64,000 bases of DNA, taken from positions 7,132 through 71,131 of the forward strand of contig CAYPIF010000052.1 in NCBI GenBank assembly GCA_964410735.1, written 5' to 3'. Position numbers and translations under genes: made by a program. This document shows, piece after piece, positions 46,893-57,904 of this stretch. Under the pieces are notes generated by a model. The model did no database searches. It was not told the origin of the DNA and saw only the letters and a list, made by a program, of their open reading frames with translations. Each line of letters opens with the position of its first letter. Positions within the stretch are counted from its first letter, which is position 1. This DNA comes from an uncultured Thermoplasmatales archaeon (GTDB taxonomy: Archaea > Thermoplasmatota > E2 > DHVEG-1).

Positions 46893-48476
46893 TTAGCTCC
46901 ATGGCCAGAGATGGTACCATTGACCTTGGATGTATACTTCGATGAGCATTGAATTGAAATCGATGTTCCCTGTTGTGTTTACATTCCACTCACTTGGCGG
47001 CCATACTGTCCAATCTAAACGGAAATCCTCTGCTTTGAATGTTTCAGCAACGGTTCGAATTCCTGCATCACTCCCATGGATAAGAAGGTCCATTTGGTTC
47101 AATGATTGCCAGTTGGTATCATAAGAGAGGTATCCGGTGATATCTGTTAACCATGAAATGTGGATATCCTCGGCAACTGGTTGTGCATCGAGTTTTGCCA
47201 CCCATACACCAATAATGAATGAAAGGTTGATGTGGAACGATGGGTTCTTTATGATTCGTAGATCACCTGGATCCGTAAAGTTCCAGAATGCGGTCATATC
47301 TACATCAGTTACCCCGAATATGGATAGATCGATTGTTGGTTCATCGAGGGAATCAAGGATATGTATATCTGTCCCATCAGAGTCAATTTCAAGATGATAC
47401 CAACCATTTTCTTTTACAGGTTTCCATTCTGCAAAGAGCATCCGGGGAGTGTTTTTGATGATAGCATATTTACATGTCCCCAGTTCATCTGTTTGTATTT
47501 GGACGTTGGTTTCATACATTGACTCACTGGCATAATATACGCTACCTCCCTCTGATGAAAATGGTGTCAACATCAATGAAAAAGAAATTGTTCGTGGGAA
47601 CCTATCAAATGTTATGATTGTTTCTTTTGTCTCAGAGGATGTTGTTTTTCTAAGTGCCATGGTGACAATGGTGTTGTAATCGGTCGTTCTGGTTAATTCA
47701 TAGTTCCATTCTCCAGGATTCCTTGTCGAAGTTATTGTTATATCTGTTTTTGTTGGCGGGTCAAATGTGAAGTAGTTGTTATGTTGTGTGTTCTCATCTT
47801 CCAAATGGTATGAGCTGAAGAACACGAGTTTTTTATTTTGTATGTCTGATGAGTACGTCGGGGTCATTGATACTGTTACACCTTTTGAACCGTCCGCGAT
47901 GTTTAGGAAAATACGTAAGGAGAGTTGAATGTTTGTTGGTATCTCATTTCCAATGGCCTGTGGTGACCAGTATCCAACGGAGAGTATGTCTTTTCCAAGA
48001 GTTGCTGTGAGGTTGAAATCGTTCGATTTTATTTCCTCCCCAATGCGTTGAATGTTAATACTGAATTCTAAACCGATGAGGGGGTCTGTGTCGATTTCAA
48101 GCCAGGGTAAAATATAATATTGAACTCGGATATCTTTACCGTTTATACCGTTGGTCTCATCACCATCAACGTCAAGATCATTGGTGATTCCAAATACGAT
48201 ATCGGATGATTTTTCAAGACCTGAGCATGATGTTTGAATGGTACTAGTAAGCAAATCAGACAGGTCAATTGGTGTGGTCAATGTGAAAAGATTTCTCATT
48301 GTATTTTTAGACGAATGTTCCTCTGTAGATGGTCGTGTCTTTTGTTCTACTACCTTATTTGAATATAGAGTATTTTTATTATGTGCCGCCTGGGATGCAT
48401 AAACGCTCATGGTAAACGAACTTATCAACAATATAGAAACTAAAATTACTGCCCCTGTCATCCTTTTTTGGTTCAT
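46893..48476 (-). CDS. Secreted hypothetical protein (527 aa, signal peptide, no recognisable domain)
   Basis: MNQKRMTGAVILVSILLISSFTMSVYASQAA signal peptide; beta-rich composition. Divergent from C25-like paralog 2. Confidence 0.5.
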   Translation of the reverse strand: MNQKRMTGAVILVSILLISSFTMSVYASQAAHNKNTLYSNKVVEQKTRPSTEEHSSKNTMRNLFTLTTPIDLSDLLTSTIQTSCSGLEKSSDIVFGITNDLDVDGDETNGINGKDIRVQYYILPWLEIDTDPLIGLEFSINIQRIGEEIKSNDFNLTATLGKDILSVGYWSPQAIGNEIPTNIQLSLRIFLNIADGSKGVTVSMTPTYSSDIQNKKLVFFSSYHLEDENTQHNNYFTFDPPTKTDITITSTRNPGEWNYELTRTTDYNTIVTMALRKTTSSETKETIITFDRFPRTISFSLMLTPFSSEGGSVYYASESMYETNVQIQTDELGTCKYAIIKNTPRMLFAEWKPVKENGWYHLEIDSDGTDIHILDSLDEPTIDLSIFGVTDVDMTAFWNFTDPGDLRIIKNPSFHINLSFIIGVWVAKLDAQPVAEDIHISWLTDITGYLSYDTNWQSLNQMDLLIHGSDAGIRTVAETFKAEDFRLDWTVWPPSEWNVNTTGNIDFNSMLIEVYIQGQWYHLWPWS

Positions 48477-48566
48477 AGAATACTCACCTCTTCTATAGCA
48501 ATAATACTATTTGTCGCTCCCATCTTATATTACTTTCGAGCATTTGAGTGTATCTATTCGTTGATA

Positions 48567-48579
48567 GACGAATTTTTTT
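48567..48579. promoter_or_regulatory. GACGAATTTTTTT motif copy 3 in the divergent promoter between the secreted 527-aa protein and C25-like peptidase paralog 2
   Basis: gacgaattttttt at 48567-48579. Same 11-mer core as at 1570-1580 and 1610-1620. Confidence 0.4.
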
Positions 48580-48758
48580 AAGCGATTTACTTATACACTC
48601 CACCTTATAACGACACTTTTTCTTTCTATATATCGGTGAGTATACACTTTTTTTGAGAGGTTACTCATGAAGTTGATAGTAATCAAATGATGACCAAAAG
48701 AATTTAAATATTAAATCATATATGATATTAATATAAGAATAGGGGGCAATAATGAATT

Positions 48759-50717
48759 ATGAGATATTTTCCAGTACTTGCTGCGGTTCTCATCTTGTTA
48801 AGTAGTACCGTGGCAATAGGCGTAAATCTAGATCCAAAAACTGTTGAGAGAATCGAGGTTAACACCACATTTAATCAACCAATTTTTGAACAAACAGTAG
48901 CGAATGGGGATGCCTACCTGAAAATGGTGTCCATAGAAAACTTTGGGGTTATCAGCCACGCCGGTCAGCCACTTCTCCCTAGACGTATCCAGACTTTTGA
49001 GGTTCCTTTTGGAACGATCATTTCTGATGTTTCACTATCTGTTGGTTCGTCTAAGACCATGAAGATCAATGAAAAGATCCTACCTGCACCCTTACCGATC
49101 ATTCAAGGTTCTAACTCTCCAGAGCAGTATGAGATGGATGAATTAGTATACGAAGCTAATGAGTATTATCCCTTTGAACCTTACAGCATTCATATGGGTG
49201 GAGGATTAAATAGTGAAAATCAACGAACGACCTTTATAACTCTTGAAGTATTTCCCGTTCAATATAATCCAGTAACAGATACGATACGTTATGTTGAGGA
49301 CATGGATGTCAGTATTAGCTATAAGGCGCCTTCAGAACCATTGATCACCGCTACTGATGAATTTGATATGGTTATCATCGCTCCATCAAGTTTCGCTAGC
49401 GATCTCCAACGATTAATCGACCATAAAAACAGTTATGATATGAAGACGTTCCTGAAGACGACAGAGGATATCTACGGTGGGTACACTGGTACAGACAAAC
49501 CGGAACAAATAAAATATTTCGTCAAAGATGCTATTGAGACATACAATATCACCTATGTCATGCTTGTTGGTGGATTGAAATCACCATTATGGGCGACACC
49601 GCGGGATGATGCGAACCAAGGTTCTGCTGATTGGTTGGTTCCTGTAAGATATACAAATCTCAAAGAAGTGGGTAGCACTTATGATCCTGGTTTTATCAGT
49701 GATCTCTATTATGCTGATATCTATGATGCCGGTGGTAATTTCTCAAGCTGGGATAGTGATAAAAACGGGGACAGTGATGGAATTTATGCCAACTGGAAAT
49801 TTGGTGCATCAAAGGATTATATAGATCTTTATCCTGATGTTTATGTTGGACGACTTGCTTGTCGAAACAAGGTCGAACTAGGGTTCATGATTGATAAGAT
49901 AATTACCTATGAAACATCGACATATGGGGCTGACTGGTTCAATCGGATGATTGCAGTTGGTGGAGATAGTCATGATGATAGCACGAATTATGTTGAAGGT
50001 GAAGAGGTCTGTAATGCTGTCTTCGAACAGTATATGTCAGATTTCACACCTGTGAAAATTTATTCGTCAAATAAAGAGACAAATACTGATTTAATCCCAA
50101 ATGATAAGAATATTATCCGTGAAACATCTCTTGGTGCAGGATTCCTTTTATTCGATGGGCATGGTAGCCCCGGGTCGTGGAATACCCATTGGCCAGGTGA
50201 AATCAACTGGGATGATACGCCCGGTGGTATCAGCGTTTATGATTTCTTTGATTTTGAGAACAGTGGAAAATACCCAATTAGTGTTGTTGGCGGGTGTCAT
50301 AACAGTCAGTTCAATATAACGCTTCTATCGACTGCTTTGAACCTTCCGTTCACATGGTCTCATGGCGTCCCGTATGCAGAGTGTTTTGGATGGAGCCTTG
50401 CTCGAAAACAAGATGGTGGTTCAATCGCTAGTTTTGGTAACACTGGTCTTGGGTATGGTTCTATCGGTGAGAATGGTGATCTTGATGGTGATGGTGTCAA
50501 TCTTCCAGATGCTGTTGAGGCAGCAGGAGGCTATCAGAAGGCAGTGTTCTTTAAGACCTACAGTGAGGGTGTTGATATCCTTGGTGCTGTTTGGGGTGGC
50601 GCTGAGAGAAGTTATCTTAATACTTATCCGGGTATGAGCGATCAAACGGATTGTAAAACCGTGGAACAGTGGCCATTACTTGGTGATCCAAGTCTTAAGA
50701 TTGGTGGATACGAATAG
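48759..50717 (+). CDS. Secreted clan-CD cysteine peptidase, C25 (gingipain)-like, paralog 2
   Basis: Signal peptide. FEVPFGTIISD, FISDLYYADIYD, LYPDVYVGRLACR, IDKIITYET, HGSPGSWNTH and VVGGCHNSQFN are shared with 8251..10230. C-terminal GDPSLKIGGYE. Confidence 0.7.
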   Translation: MRYFPVLAAVLILLSSTVAIGVNLDPKTVERIEVNTTFNQPIFEQTVANGDAYLKMVSIENFGVISHAGQPLLPRRIQTFEVPFGTIISDVSLSVGSSKTMKINEKILPAPLPIIQGSNSPEQYEMDELVYEANEYYPFEPYSIHMGGGLNSENQRTTFITLEVFPVQYNPVTDTIRYVEDMDVSISYKAPSEPLITATDEFDMVIIAPSSFASDLQRLIDHKNSYDMKTFLKTTEDIYGGYTGTDKPEQIKYFVKDAIETYNITYVMLVGGLKSPLWATPRDDANQGSADWLVPVRYTNLKEVGSTYDPGFISDLYYADIYDAGGNFSSWDSDKNGDSDGIYANWKFGASKDYIDLYPDVYVGRLACRNKVELGFMIDKIITYETSTYGADWFNRMIAVGGDSHDDSTNYVEGEEVCNAVFEQYMSDFTPVKIYSSNKETNTDLIPNDKNIIRETSLGAGFLLFDGHGSPGSWNTHWPGEINWDDTPGGISVYDFFDFENSGKYPISVVGGCHNSQFNITLLSTALNLPFTWSHGVPYAECFGWSLARKQDGGSIASFGNTGLGYGSIGENGDLDGDGVNLPDAVEAAGGYQKAVFFKTYSEGVDILGAVWGGAERSYLNTYPGMSDQTDCKTVEQWPLLGDPSLKIGGYE

Positions 50718-50723
50718 GTCCAC

Positions 50724-50748
50724 TTTTCCTTTTTTTTCTTTTATTTTT
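50724..50748 (+). terminator. Oligo-T tract (archaeal-type terminator) after C25-like paralog 2
   Basis: ttttccttttttttcttttattttt immediately 3' of the stop at 50717. Confidence 0.35.
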
Positions 50749-50812
50749 AATTAAATCATAGAATAAATTATTGGAAATGTCTCTTGTTATCATTACTAGA
50801 TCAATATCCACT

Positions 50813-52072
50813 TTAGTATCTTATTAATAGGAAAACTCTTAGTGTGTCAATGGGTTGATAAAAAGAAAGAATGTCAACATAATCCGTGGATTTTTCTCCC
50901 AATCGATTGTATGCGATAGTAGTAATTCGATGTTGCCCTATTGATCGGATGTTGCAATGCCATTCAAAGGGAGGGGTTTTATCTGTTGTGATACGGATAT
51001 CATCATAATAGAATTCCACATGGGTAAAGGCAGCATCTGTTGTCGTTTCAGCGAGTATAGCTATATCGTTTATGATACTAGTCTTCATTATATCTGTGAA
51101 CTCTACGAACGTGTTATCCTTGGACAATGACTGTTTCTTTGGTGAAACGATTCGTATCTGTGGTGGATGAGTTGGTTGATCTGCAAGATATGCAAGCGTT
51201 CCTGTTATGAGCTTTGTAGTATTGACCAGATAACTGAAGTTAACATTCGAAAGATCATCGTTAGGTGTGTGCATATTCTGGTCTCGATCTGCCTCCCAAA
51301 AGGCTACCGCTTCATATCAAAATGCAGCAAAAGGAAAATAATCGCTTCCTCCTCTATCAATGGGCCACGTTCCAAAATCAAAGTTCAAATCTGAGATTTC
51401 ATTGATAATTGAGAATATTTCGGCAACACTCGTTGCATCCTCAGTTAGTGAAAGTCTAAATGATGATCCTCCTTCTGTGGTTGTTGCATGACCCATCATA
51501 TCCGCGTTAACATCAACTATTATGTTGTCGTTGTTTTGGTATGCTTCTTTGGCATAAGCAGTGCTTCCTTTTAAACCGATTTCTTCACCTGAGAATGTAA
51601 CGAGTCGCGTAATGTGTGGTTGAAGATGTATTGGCCTAGGACATATGCTGCGGCAAGTGCTGCAGCAGTTCCTGGTCCATCGTCATTAGCCCCCAGGCAC
51701 ATTTTCTACGGTATCATAATGTGCACTAAAAAGGATGATATCATCGGTTAGCCCAGGTAATGTTGCTTCCACAGTCTGGCTTATGTACTCTCCAGGGTGA
51801 TATCTATCGTCAAGGGCGGACCAGTCATCATATCTTGTTTCAAGTCCCATGCAGCTGAATTGATCATGGATGGATGATGCTGCTCGTTCACACCCGGCTG
51901 TTCCAGTATATCGTGGTGCAAGATCAACTAATGTTTCAAGATATGATCTGAGCAACGGTTCATTAATGCTATTAAGTATTGTTTGGATCTTCTCAATGTT
52001 TGCGAAGGGGTTATAGGTTGATGGTTGTGGGAAATCCTGGTTTTCTTGTTTTGTTAACTCTATAGATCCCAC
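50813..52072 (-). pseudogene. M28-family Zn aminopeptidase, inactivated by multiple frameshifts
   Basis: Three reverse-strand ORFs (51686..52072, 51317..51499, 50813..51274) plus hand-translated gaps give contiguous M28 blocks in different frames: RYTGTAGCERAASSI, ILFSAHYDTVENVPGG|ANDDGPGTAAALAAA, PHITRLVTFSGEEIGLKGS, NADMMGHATT. One shift occurs at a C5/G5 run (51690-51694). Confidence 0.6.
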
Positions 52073-52258
52073 GGGAATGATACTAAGAAGGGGGATATAC
52101 GCAATAAGATATACTGATTTGTTCTGATGCTTTAAAGTAAAAAGTCCTATGTTGGTATATATTTTGGTATAAAATCAGTGATTCATTATTTGATTTAAAA
52201 TAGAATTAAGAATGGATTGTCCTTGTTGTGAAAATATATGCGTCAGAATAACTGCCAT

Positions 52259-52666
52259 CTATTTTAACTTGTATTCGACAGTATCAATATTTGATGTGTT
52301 TTTCTTATACCCAAGTTTATCTTCTCGTGCAAGCCAGCCAATAGCAGAGTACGCTTCCTTCTTATGGATTTTTGCAATTTTTACGATTGAAGGAATAGTG
52401 ATTTCACCATGATTATAAAGCGTTGTATACACTTTACCTGCATTACCGCCGATCTCTTGTTCCAGGTTTGTTTGATTCAGTTCATAGATCCCAGCTTTAT
52501 AACTTATCTTATCTTCTCGTGCAAGCCAGCCCACTGCGGCATAGAAATCTTCTTCTTTTAATCGAGTTTTCTTAAGTATTGTTTTTCCCTCAAGTGGTCC
52601 TCTTTTGTTCAATTCGACCCAAATCTTACCTGCATTCCTGCCAAACTTATGGAATATTTCGACCAT
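52259..52666 (-). CDS. Tandem winged-helix small protein, paralog of 25349..25744
   Basis: FYAAVGWLAREDKISYKAGIYEL / AYSAIGWLAREDKLGYKKNTSNI duplication. The ORF-track extension to 52738 adds a hydrophobic N-terminal segment of uncertain reality. Confidence 0.5.
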   Translation of the reverse strand: MVEIFHKFGRNAGKIWVELNKRGPLEGKTILKKTRLKEEDFYAAVGWLAREDKISYKAGIYELNQTNLEQEIGGNAGKVYTTLYNHGEITIPSIVKIAKIHKKEAYSAIGWLAREDKLGYKKNTSNIDTVEYKLK

Positions 52667-52835
52667 AAAAAACCACCCTATGACTATGATAATCTCAATC
52701 ATATAGAAATATTTTCTTATATTTTCAAGCGATTTCATGCCCTTTGACCGGATTATTCCTTTACTATATGGCGCCTCAAAAAACCAATGTGATATTTTTT
52801 ATATTTTAATTGTGTTATATTTACGTTGTGTTGAG

Positions 52836-54233
52836 ATGTTGAAAGTATATTATTCCATCATTTTTGTTCTTCTATTGTTCTCTTCATCATTGTTCACTCC
52901 ACTTGTTAGAGCAGAAGATGGCAAAACCCTTATATCACAAGTAAATGGACATTGCACTTATTCATCATATATTATCCCAAACGTTCCCTATGTATCTCAA
53001 GAAACCGATTTTTATTGTACCTATGCATGCCCTACAATGGTATTGAAATATTATGGGTATAACACGAGTCTTGATGAGGTTCTGTATTACTCAGGAGCAG
53101 GGTACTCACTTGTGTATTCACATCCAAAAGTTAAACGATTCCTTATCAGCTGCGTTGGATCAAGTAACTGGGAAATGGATAGGAGATTCACCGGTGAGCT
53201 CTTTGGATTAGCCTATACTGAAGATCGACTCATGGAGTATCCGCTGGATGAATCACAGCGTTGGAATCTTTATTGGAATAAGATCAAAGAGAATATCACT
53301 AGTGGCTGCCCAGTGATAACCATTGTTGATCCATCCTGTCTTTCATCAGTTCAATCAGCTATTCAACATATGCTTGGCATCCCTGATATGCTATGGAATA
53401 TGATACCTGCCGGTGTGTTCAGTCTCTTCCCTTCAACGATGACACATATGATCAATATTGTTGGTTTCAATGAGGAAAACAATAGTATTTGTTATAATGA
53501 TCCTTCAGCAGCTTTGTTCGGTGATGCCTCATTTGGCACCTATGCATGGATGAATGTTTCGCTTATTTGCAGGAGTATGCTACGGATTTCATCGATTTCA
53601 GGATTTGCATATATGATAGGGACGTTCCATAAGAATAATACCATTTCACTATCTTTTGAAGATCGTTTATATGCTGCCCATGTTCGTAATATAAAGAAAA
53701 TGAATGGGGATCCAGGGAGTTATGATGCACAGATTCTTAGAACGTGGGATGCATCAGCTCTTGGTATTAACGGCCTAAGGTCACTGAAAAATGATCTGGG
53801 GTCAGGTATTGATAACCGTCCGACTACTATCCTGCTTTATAAAATGCTGAGCACACTTTTGTTCTACTCATTCTCATACAAGATCTACCGTTTTTTCGAC
53901 CGGTTTTTCCCATCAGTTCTAAATCTATCGGACTTTAATGAACAGATGAACTATGTGCATCAGTTATCAATTGAGAAACATGATATCTCCGATTGGTTAT
54001 TTTCAATAGCTGAAAAAGTAAGCGATCCATCGGTTGCTGATATATATTATTCGGATGCTGTTCTCTTGCATGATGAGGCGTTCATCTGTGAACAACTAGC
54101 TGAGAACTTTTCATTATTCCTTCATCATGGTATCTGGTTCTCATATCCAAAAGCAGTGACGGTTATTGAACATATGTCCGAACATGTATCAGATATGATC
54201 GAAATCGAAGAAACGATCCTAAAGCAGAAGTAG
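52836..54233 (+). CDS. Secreted papain-like (peptidase C39-like / BtrH-like domain) protein
   Basis: Signal peptide MLKVYYSIIFVLLLFSSSLFTPLVRA. VPYVSQETDFYCTYACPTMVLKYYGY matches the C39_2 catalytic-Cys region (vpy.sQ....C...s.aMvl.yyG). Confidence 0.5.
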   Translation: MLKVYYSIIFVLLLFSSSLFTPLVRAEDGKTLISQVNGHCTYSSYIIPNVPYVSQETDFYCTYACPTMVLKYYGYNTSLDEVLYYSGAGYSLVYSHPKVKRFLISCVGSSNWEMDRRFTGELFGLAYTEDRLMEYPLDESQRWNLYWNKIKENITSGCPVITIVDPSCLSSVQSAIQHMLGIPDMLWNMIPAGVFSLFPSTMTHMINIVGFNEENNSICYNDPSAALFGDASFGTYAWMNVSLICRSMLRISSISGFAYMIGTFHKNNTISLSFEDRLYAAHVRNIKKMNGDPGSYDAQILRTWDASALGINGLRSLKNDLGSGIDNRPTTILLYKMLSTLLFYSFSYKIYRFFDRFFPSVLNLSDFNEQMNYVHQLSIEKHDISDWLFSIAEKVSDPSVADIYYSDAVLLHDEAFICEQLAENFSLFLHHGIWFSYPKAVTVIEHMSEHVSDMIEIEETILKQK

Positions 54234-54236
54234 ATG

Positions 54237-54437
54237 TTAATCCTTTTTCATCTTCAATGGTAAGTACAGGATGTAAAAGATACAAAGAAATTCTACAATC
54301 GCTCCAATTACGACAGCAATAGGCATCCATCCTTGAAGGTAATAATGCATCATTGCTAAAAGAAGTGTTGCAAAAAATGCGATGACAACATAGATCATCG
54401 TCCGTTGTTTCTTCGTTCGCTTCTCAAACATAATCAC
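54237..54437 (-). CDS. Small two-TM membrane protein (66 aa)
   Basis: ORF with two hydrophobic helices; nothing else recognisable. Confidence 0.3.
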   Translation of the reverse strand: MIMFEKRTKKQRTMIYVVIAFFATLLLAMMHYYLQGWMPIAVVIGAIVEFLCIFYILYLPLKMKKD

Positions 54438-54591
54438 CGTTGCAATACGTCTGTCTCATTTAAACATTGTTAAATCCTGTATCTCTCTGTTGCATATCTA
54501 ATCGCCTCTTCCAAATATATAATGGTTGAGGGAGTAAGGCTATGTGAACAAAAGATTTGAAAAACAGAGGAACAATACTTAATTTGACGAA

Positions 54592-55320
54592 ATGGAAACC
54601 AGACATCTTTTGATACATAACACGGATTTTCTCGTTAAATTACATTATGAGAGTAGAAAAAATTCTAGAGTGTCAATTAGACGGAACATCATCAATATTC
54701 GGCTTCCACGATCTATTTCCAAAAAAGAACAGGACAATCAGATGGAAAAACTAATCGACTGGGCCGTGAACCATATACGGAAACATCCTGATAAGTTCCA
54801 ACCGGTGGGTTATAAGAGATATATCGATGGTGATGAGATACACACAACAAGAAAGACGTATCATGTTAGGTTGATGGTAAAGGATAAAAAGCATAGTTCT
54901 GCACGGTTAAAGGATGATACGATACATCTTTCCCTCTCAAATGATTTAACAGATGAAGAAAGAAATAAGCATGCGGCAACCCTCATCAGTCGATGTATCG
55001 CATCCGAGCAGCTCCCGAAACTCAAAGAGAGGATCCACGAACTTAATGATATATATTTTAAGCAGGGGATCAAGGGGATTTATTTTAAAAACAACATCTC
55101 GAACTGGGGAAGTTGTTCCCAATTAGGAAATATCAATATATCAACAAGGTTGGTGTTTGCCCCTGATGATGTTGTAGACTATGTCTGTATCCATGAACTT
55201 GCTCACCTTATTGAACAGAATCATTCCCAACGTTTTTGGAAGTTGGTCTCTGATGTAATGCCGGAGTATAAGGAGAAACTCCAATGGCTTAAGGAGAATG
55301 GTGAAAACTGCAGGTTTTAA
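54592..55320 (+). CDS. YgjP-like (DUF45) zinc-dependent hydrolase/metallopeptidase
   Basis: C-terminal YVCIHELAHLIEQNHSQRFWKLVSDVMPEY is the DUF45/WLM-like HExxH...F-W signature. Confidence 0.7.
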   Translation: METRHLLIHNTDFLVKLHYESRKNSRVSIRRNIINIRLPRSISKKEQDNQMEKLIDWAVNHIRKHPDKFQPVGYKRYIDGDEIHTTRKTYHVRLMVKDKKHSSARLKDDTIHLSLSNDLTDEERNKHAATLISRCIASEQLPKLKERIHELNDIYFKQGIKGIYFKNNISNWGSCSQLGNINISTRLVFAPDDVVDYVCIHELAHLIEQNHSQRFWKLVSDVMPEYKEKLQWLKENGENCRF

Positions 55321-55558
55321 ATAGAGCGGTCGGTCCCAACATTTTCGAATCCATCAAGGAGATTAAATAGTTTATATCCTAAAAGAACCCGTATTGTTCC
55401 ATCTTTTTTCTTTAGAGAACGCCCTTTGTTGTCACCGTATCGTTGCACTTCTATGATATCATTTTTCACTAATTTATTGAGGTGATCACCCAATAAGTAA
55501 TGCAAAAATGGTATATTTATTTCCTAATCATACACGAGAATAAAAAAGTATAAAAAGA

Positions 55559-56446
55559 TCATTCTTTCTGCTGACTGTTTACGTATGTGATGCCGGTGTG
55601 TGTTAGTTCAATAGTATCTGTGGTTACATATTGGACCATTTCCATTTTTGATAATTTTTTGATCATTGTATTCAAATCATCCCGGGTTATATCAAGCATT
55701 TTTATTGCGGTATCTGCGTCCATATCGCCCTTGAGCATCAGTTTTAAAAGATTGTATTCCTTTTCAAAAATCCTAACTTCCTTTTCGAGTTTTTCAGGAT
55801 CGGTTGTTGTTTCACCTGAAAGCGTCTCAACATAATTCTGGATGATCCTGTCAAGGTTCAAACGATCAAGCACCTTTCCTTGTTCATCATATAAAGTGCA
55901 GTATTTGCTTCCCTCTTCATGATGCCAGGCGGAGACCTTTTCCCAGTTATATCCTAGTAGGTTCTCTGTTGTACCGTCTTGCTTGAGTTTCTTCTTTCGT
56001 TCTCTGCGTTCGTATGCATGGTGCTGTTCAAGTTGGATCTGGTCAAGGTCCACACCGTAATTGTGTATTGCCCGTGTAAAATTTTTTCCTGCATATTCTT
56101 TGAACTCAGTGATAAAATACAGTCCTGCTTCCTCGCTAAGCTCCTCATATACTAAGCGAATAAATGATTCAATAGCCTTTCCGATGTTCTCTCTTGTGAG
56201 CTGTTCAATACTTGTGCTTGAAAATGAAACATAATCTTCTGATTCTTCTGGTACTTCATTGTATAATTTGACCCCTTCAAGGAAATCGTATCTATTTTTT
56301 AGCGCGTCGATTGATGATTTAATGGTGTCATCTGCGAATCGGGAGGACGTTCTCCTGCTGGCAACGATATAAACGCATTGAATGGTTTTCTTGACCATAT
56401 CTGTTTTACTGTATGACTCCATGACAATTCTACCTGATTCTATCAA
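55559..56446 (-). CDS. Hypothetical protein with C-terminal HTH-like segment, immediately downstream of the PAS histidine kinase (possible non-canonical signalling partner)
   Basis: 295 aa. C-terminus AIKMLDITRDDLNTMIKKLSKMEMVQY is HTH-like. No recognisable receiver-domain DD...D...K pattern. Confidence 0.4.
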   Translation of the reverse strand: MIESGRIVMESYSKTDMVKKTIQCVYIVASRRTSSRFADDTIKSSIDALKNRYDFLEGVKLYNEVPEESEDYVSFSSTSIEQLTRENIGKAIESFIRLVYEELSEEAGLYFITEFKEYAGKNFTRAIHNYGVDLDQIQLEQHHAYERRERKKKLKQDGTTENLLGYNWEKVSAWHHEEGSKYCTLYDEQGKVLDRLNLDRIIQNYVETLSGETTTDPEKLEKEVRIFEKEYNLLKLMLKGDMDADTAIKMLDITRDDLNTMIKKLSKMEMVQYVTTDTIELTHTGITYVNSQQKE

Positions 56447-56546
56447 AGTGATTATCTCTCATTTATCCTATCTTGAGTTCAATCTCTCCTCTTTCCTTGT
56501 TTGTATAAGTATGAAATCTTAAATCATTTGTGTTTTTTCTCTGTTT

Positions 56547-57815
56547 TTAATTTGAAGGTATGTTCTGTAATTGGTAGCTTCCTTCTTTTACAGGCGGTTC
56601 GTTATCCTCCCAACGATATAAGGTGAAATGAAGGGTTGTCCCTTTCCCGGTTCCCTCGCTTTCAGCCCATATCCTCCCCTGATGTTTTTCGATGATCCGT
56701 TTACAGATGGTCATCCCTAACCCACTACTGTCGAAATCATGTCTTGAATCATCTGCCTTGTAGAACTCATCAAAGATATGATTTATTTGTTCAGGACTCA
56801 TGCCCATCCCATTATCTTTGATCGATATCGTGCATGTTCTTTCATTGGTTGATGAATACAAACTGATCATACTGTTCTCAGGACTATATTTTATTGCATT
56901 AGACAGGATGTTATCAAATAATTCAATCAATCGTAATTTATCAGCTTTCACAAAGATATCATTTGAAATCATATTTTCAATGGTTATGTTTTTCTCCTGA
57001 AATTGTAATGTGTTTTTAAGGATACATGATTCACATTGCTCTCTAACATTTAACCTTTCAAATAATAATTTTATATTCGGTGAGTTCAACCGTGCCAGTT
57101 CCAATGTTTTCGCAATAAGATTCTTCATATGTTGAACATTCCGATTGATTACCTCTAGCATCTCTTTTGATTTTGGGTTAAGGTCCTGTTTTTCTAAAAC
57201 CGGAAGAAGATTAACTAAAGGTGCCAACGGATTCTTCAGATCATGGCCAAGCTGGTTGATGAATTCATCCTTCTGTTTCAATAATCGTTCTATTTCTTCA
57301 GTTCTCCCCTGTATTTTCCGCTCTAGATCCTTGTTTATCGCAATAAGCATCATCTGAGTTAGTTGCAATTCCCGTTCAGTACGTCTTGCCCTTGTAACAT
57401 CCTCTATGATAAGGATTGCCTCGCTATTGTATTCTTCATCTTGGATGATACTTCCAATGATCAATGCTGGAAACAGTTTTCCATCTTTTCGCTGGAGATA
57501 TGATTCAACTCGAATGTATTGATTTCTTCTAAGGTCATTGAGTATGTCCGTTAACTCATTGGTAAATGCCTTTGGCCAGTATGGTGCTGGTGTAGCCTTG
57601 CCAATGATCTCTTCTTGTTCAAAGCCTGTTATCCCGCAAAAGGTTGGATTTATCATCAGGTGTTCATTCTTGTTGTTTAGGACAATAATCCCCACTCCTG
57701 CATTGTCTAAGATTATCTTGAGTTTTTTATCGGGGATGAGATATTGTTTCTCAGTTTGTTGTGTTTCTGCATCCAATTGTGGTACCATCTGATCAATGTC
57801 CCTATAATATTTCAA
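56547..57815 (-). CDS. Cytoplasmic sensor histidine kinase with PAS domain
   Basis: PAS-like N-terminus (VGIIVLNNKNEHLMINPTFCGITGFEQEEIIGK), H-box LGHDLKNPLAPL, and ATPase G-boxes (DNGMGMSPEQINHIFDEFYKAD, SGLGMTICKRIIEKHQG). No TM segments. Confidence 0.85.
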   Translation of the reverse strand: MKYYRDIDQMVPQLDAETQQTEKQYLIPDKKLKIILDNAGVGIIVLNNKNEHLMINPTFCGITGFEQEEIIGKATPAPYWPKAFTNELTDILNDLRRNQYIRVESYLQRKDGKLFPALIIGSIIQDEEYNSEAILIIEDVTRARRTERELQLTQMMLIAINKDLERKIQGRTEEIERLLKQKDEFINQLGHDLKNPLAPLVNLLPVLEKQDLNPKSKEMLEVINRNVQHMKNLIAKTLELARLNSPNIKLLFERLNVREQCESCILKNTLQFQEKNITIENMISNDIFVKADKLRLIELFDNILSNAIKYSPENSMISLYSSTNERTCTISIKDNGMGMSPEQINHIFDEFYKADDSRHDFDSSGLGMTICKRIIEKHQGRIWAESEGTGKGTTLHFTLYRWEDNEPPVKEGSYQLQNIPSN

Positions 57816-57904
57816 AATCTCCTTTAGACTCGCATCTTTGTTGCTGTTTCCCTCTCACTATTTAAATTCATAATTCAATTTGTTATATAAATAATTATTG
57901 AAAT

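Noticed and set aside
55317-55505. 62-aa reverse-strand ORF as a gene
   Set aside because: Looks like an HTH fragment with no start context. More likely a remnant within the decayed accessory segment. Mentioned only in the island finding.
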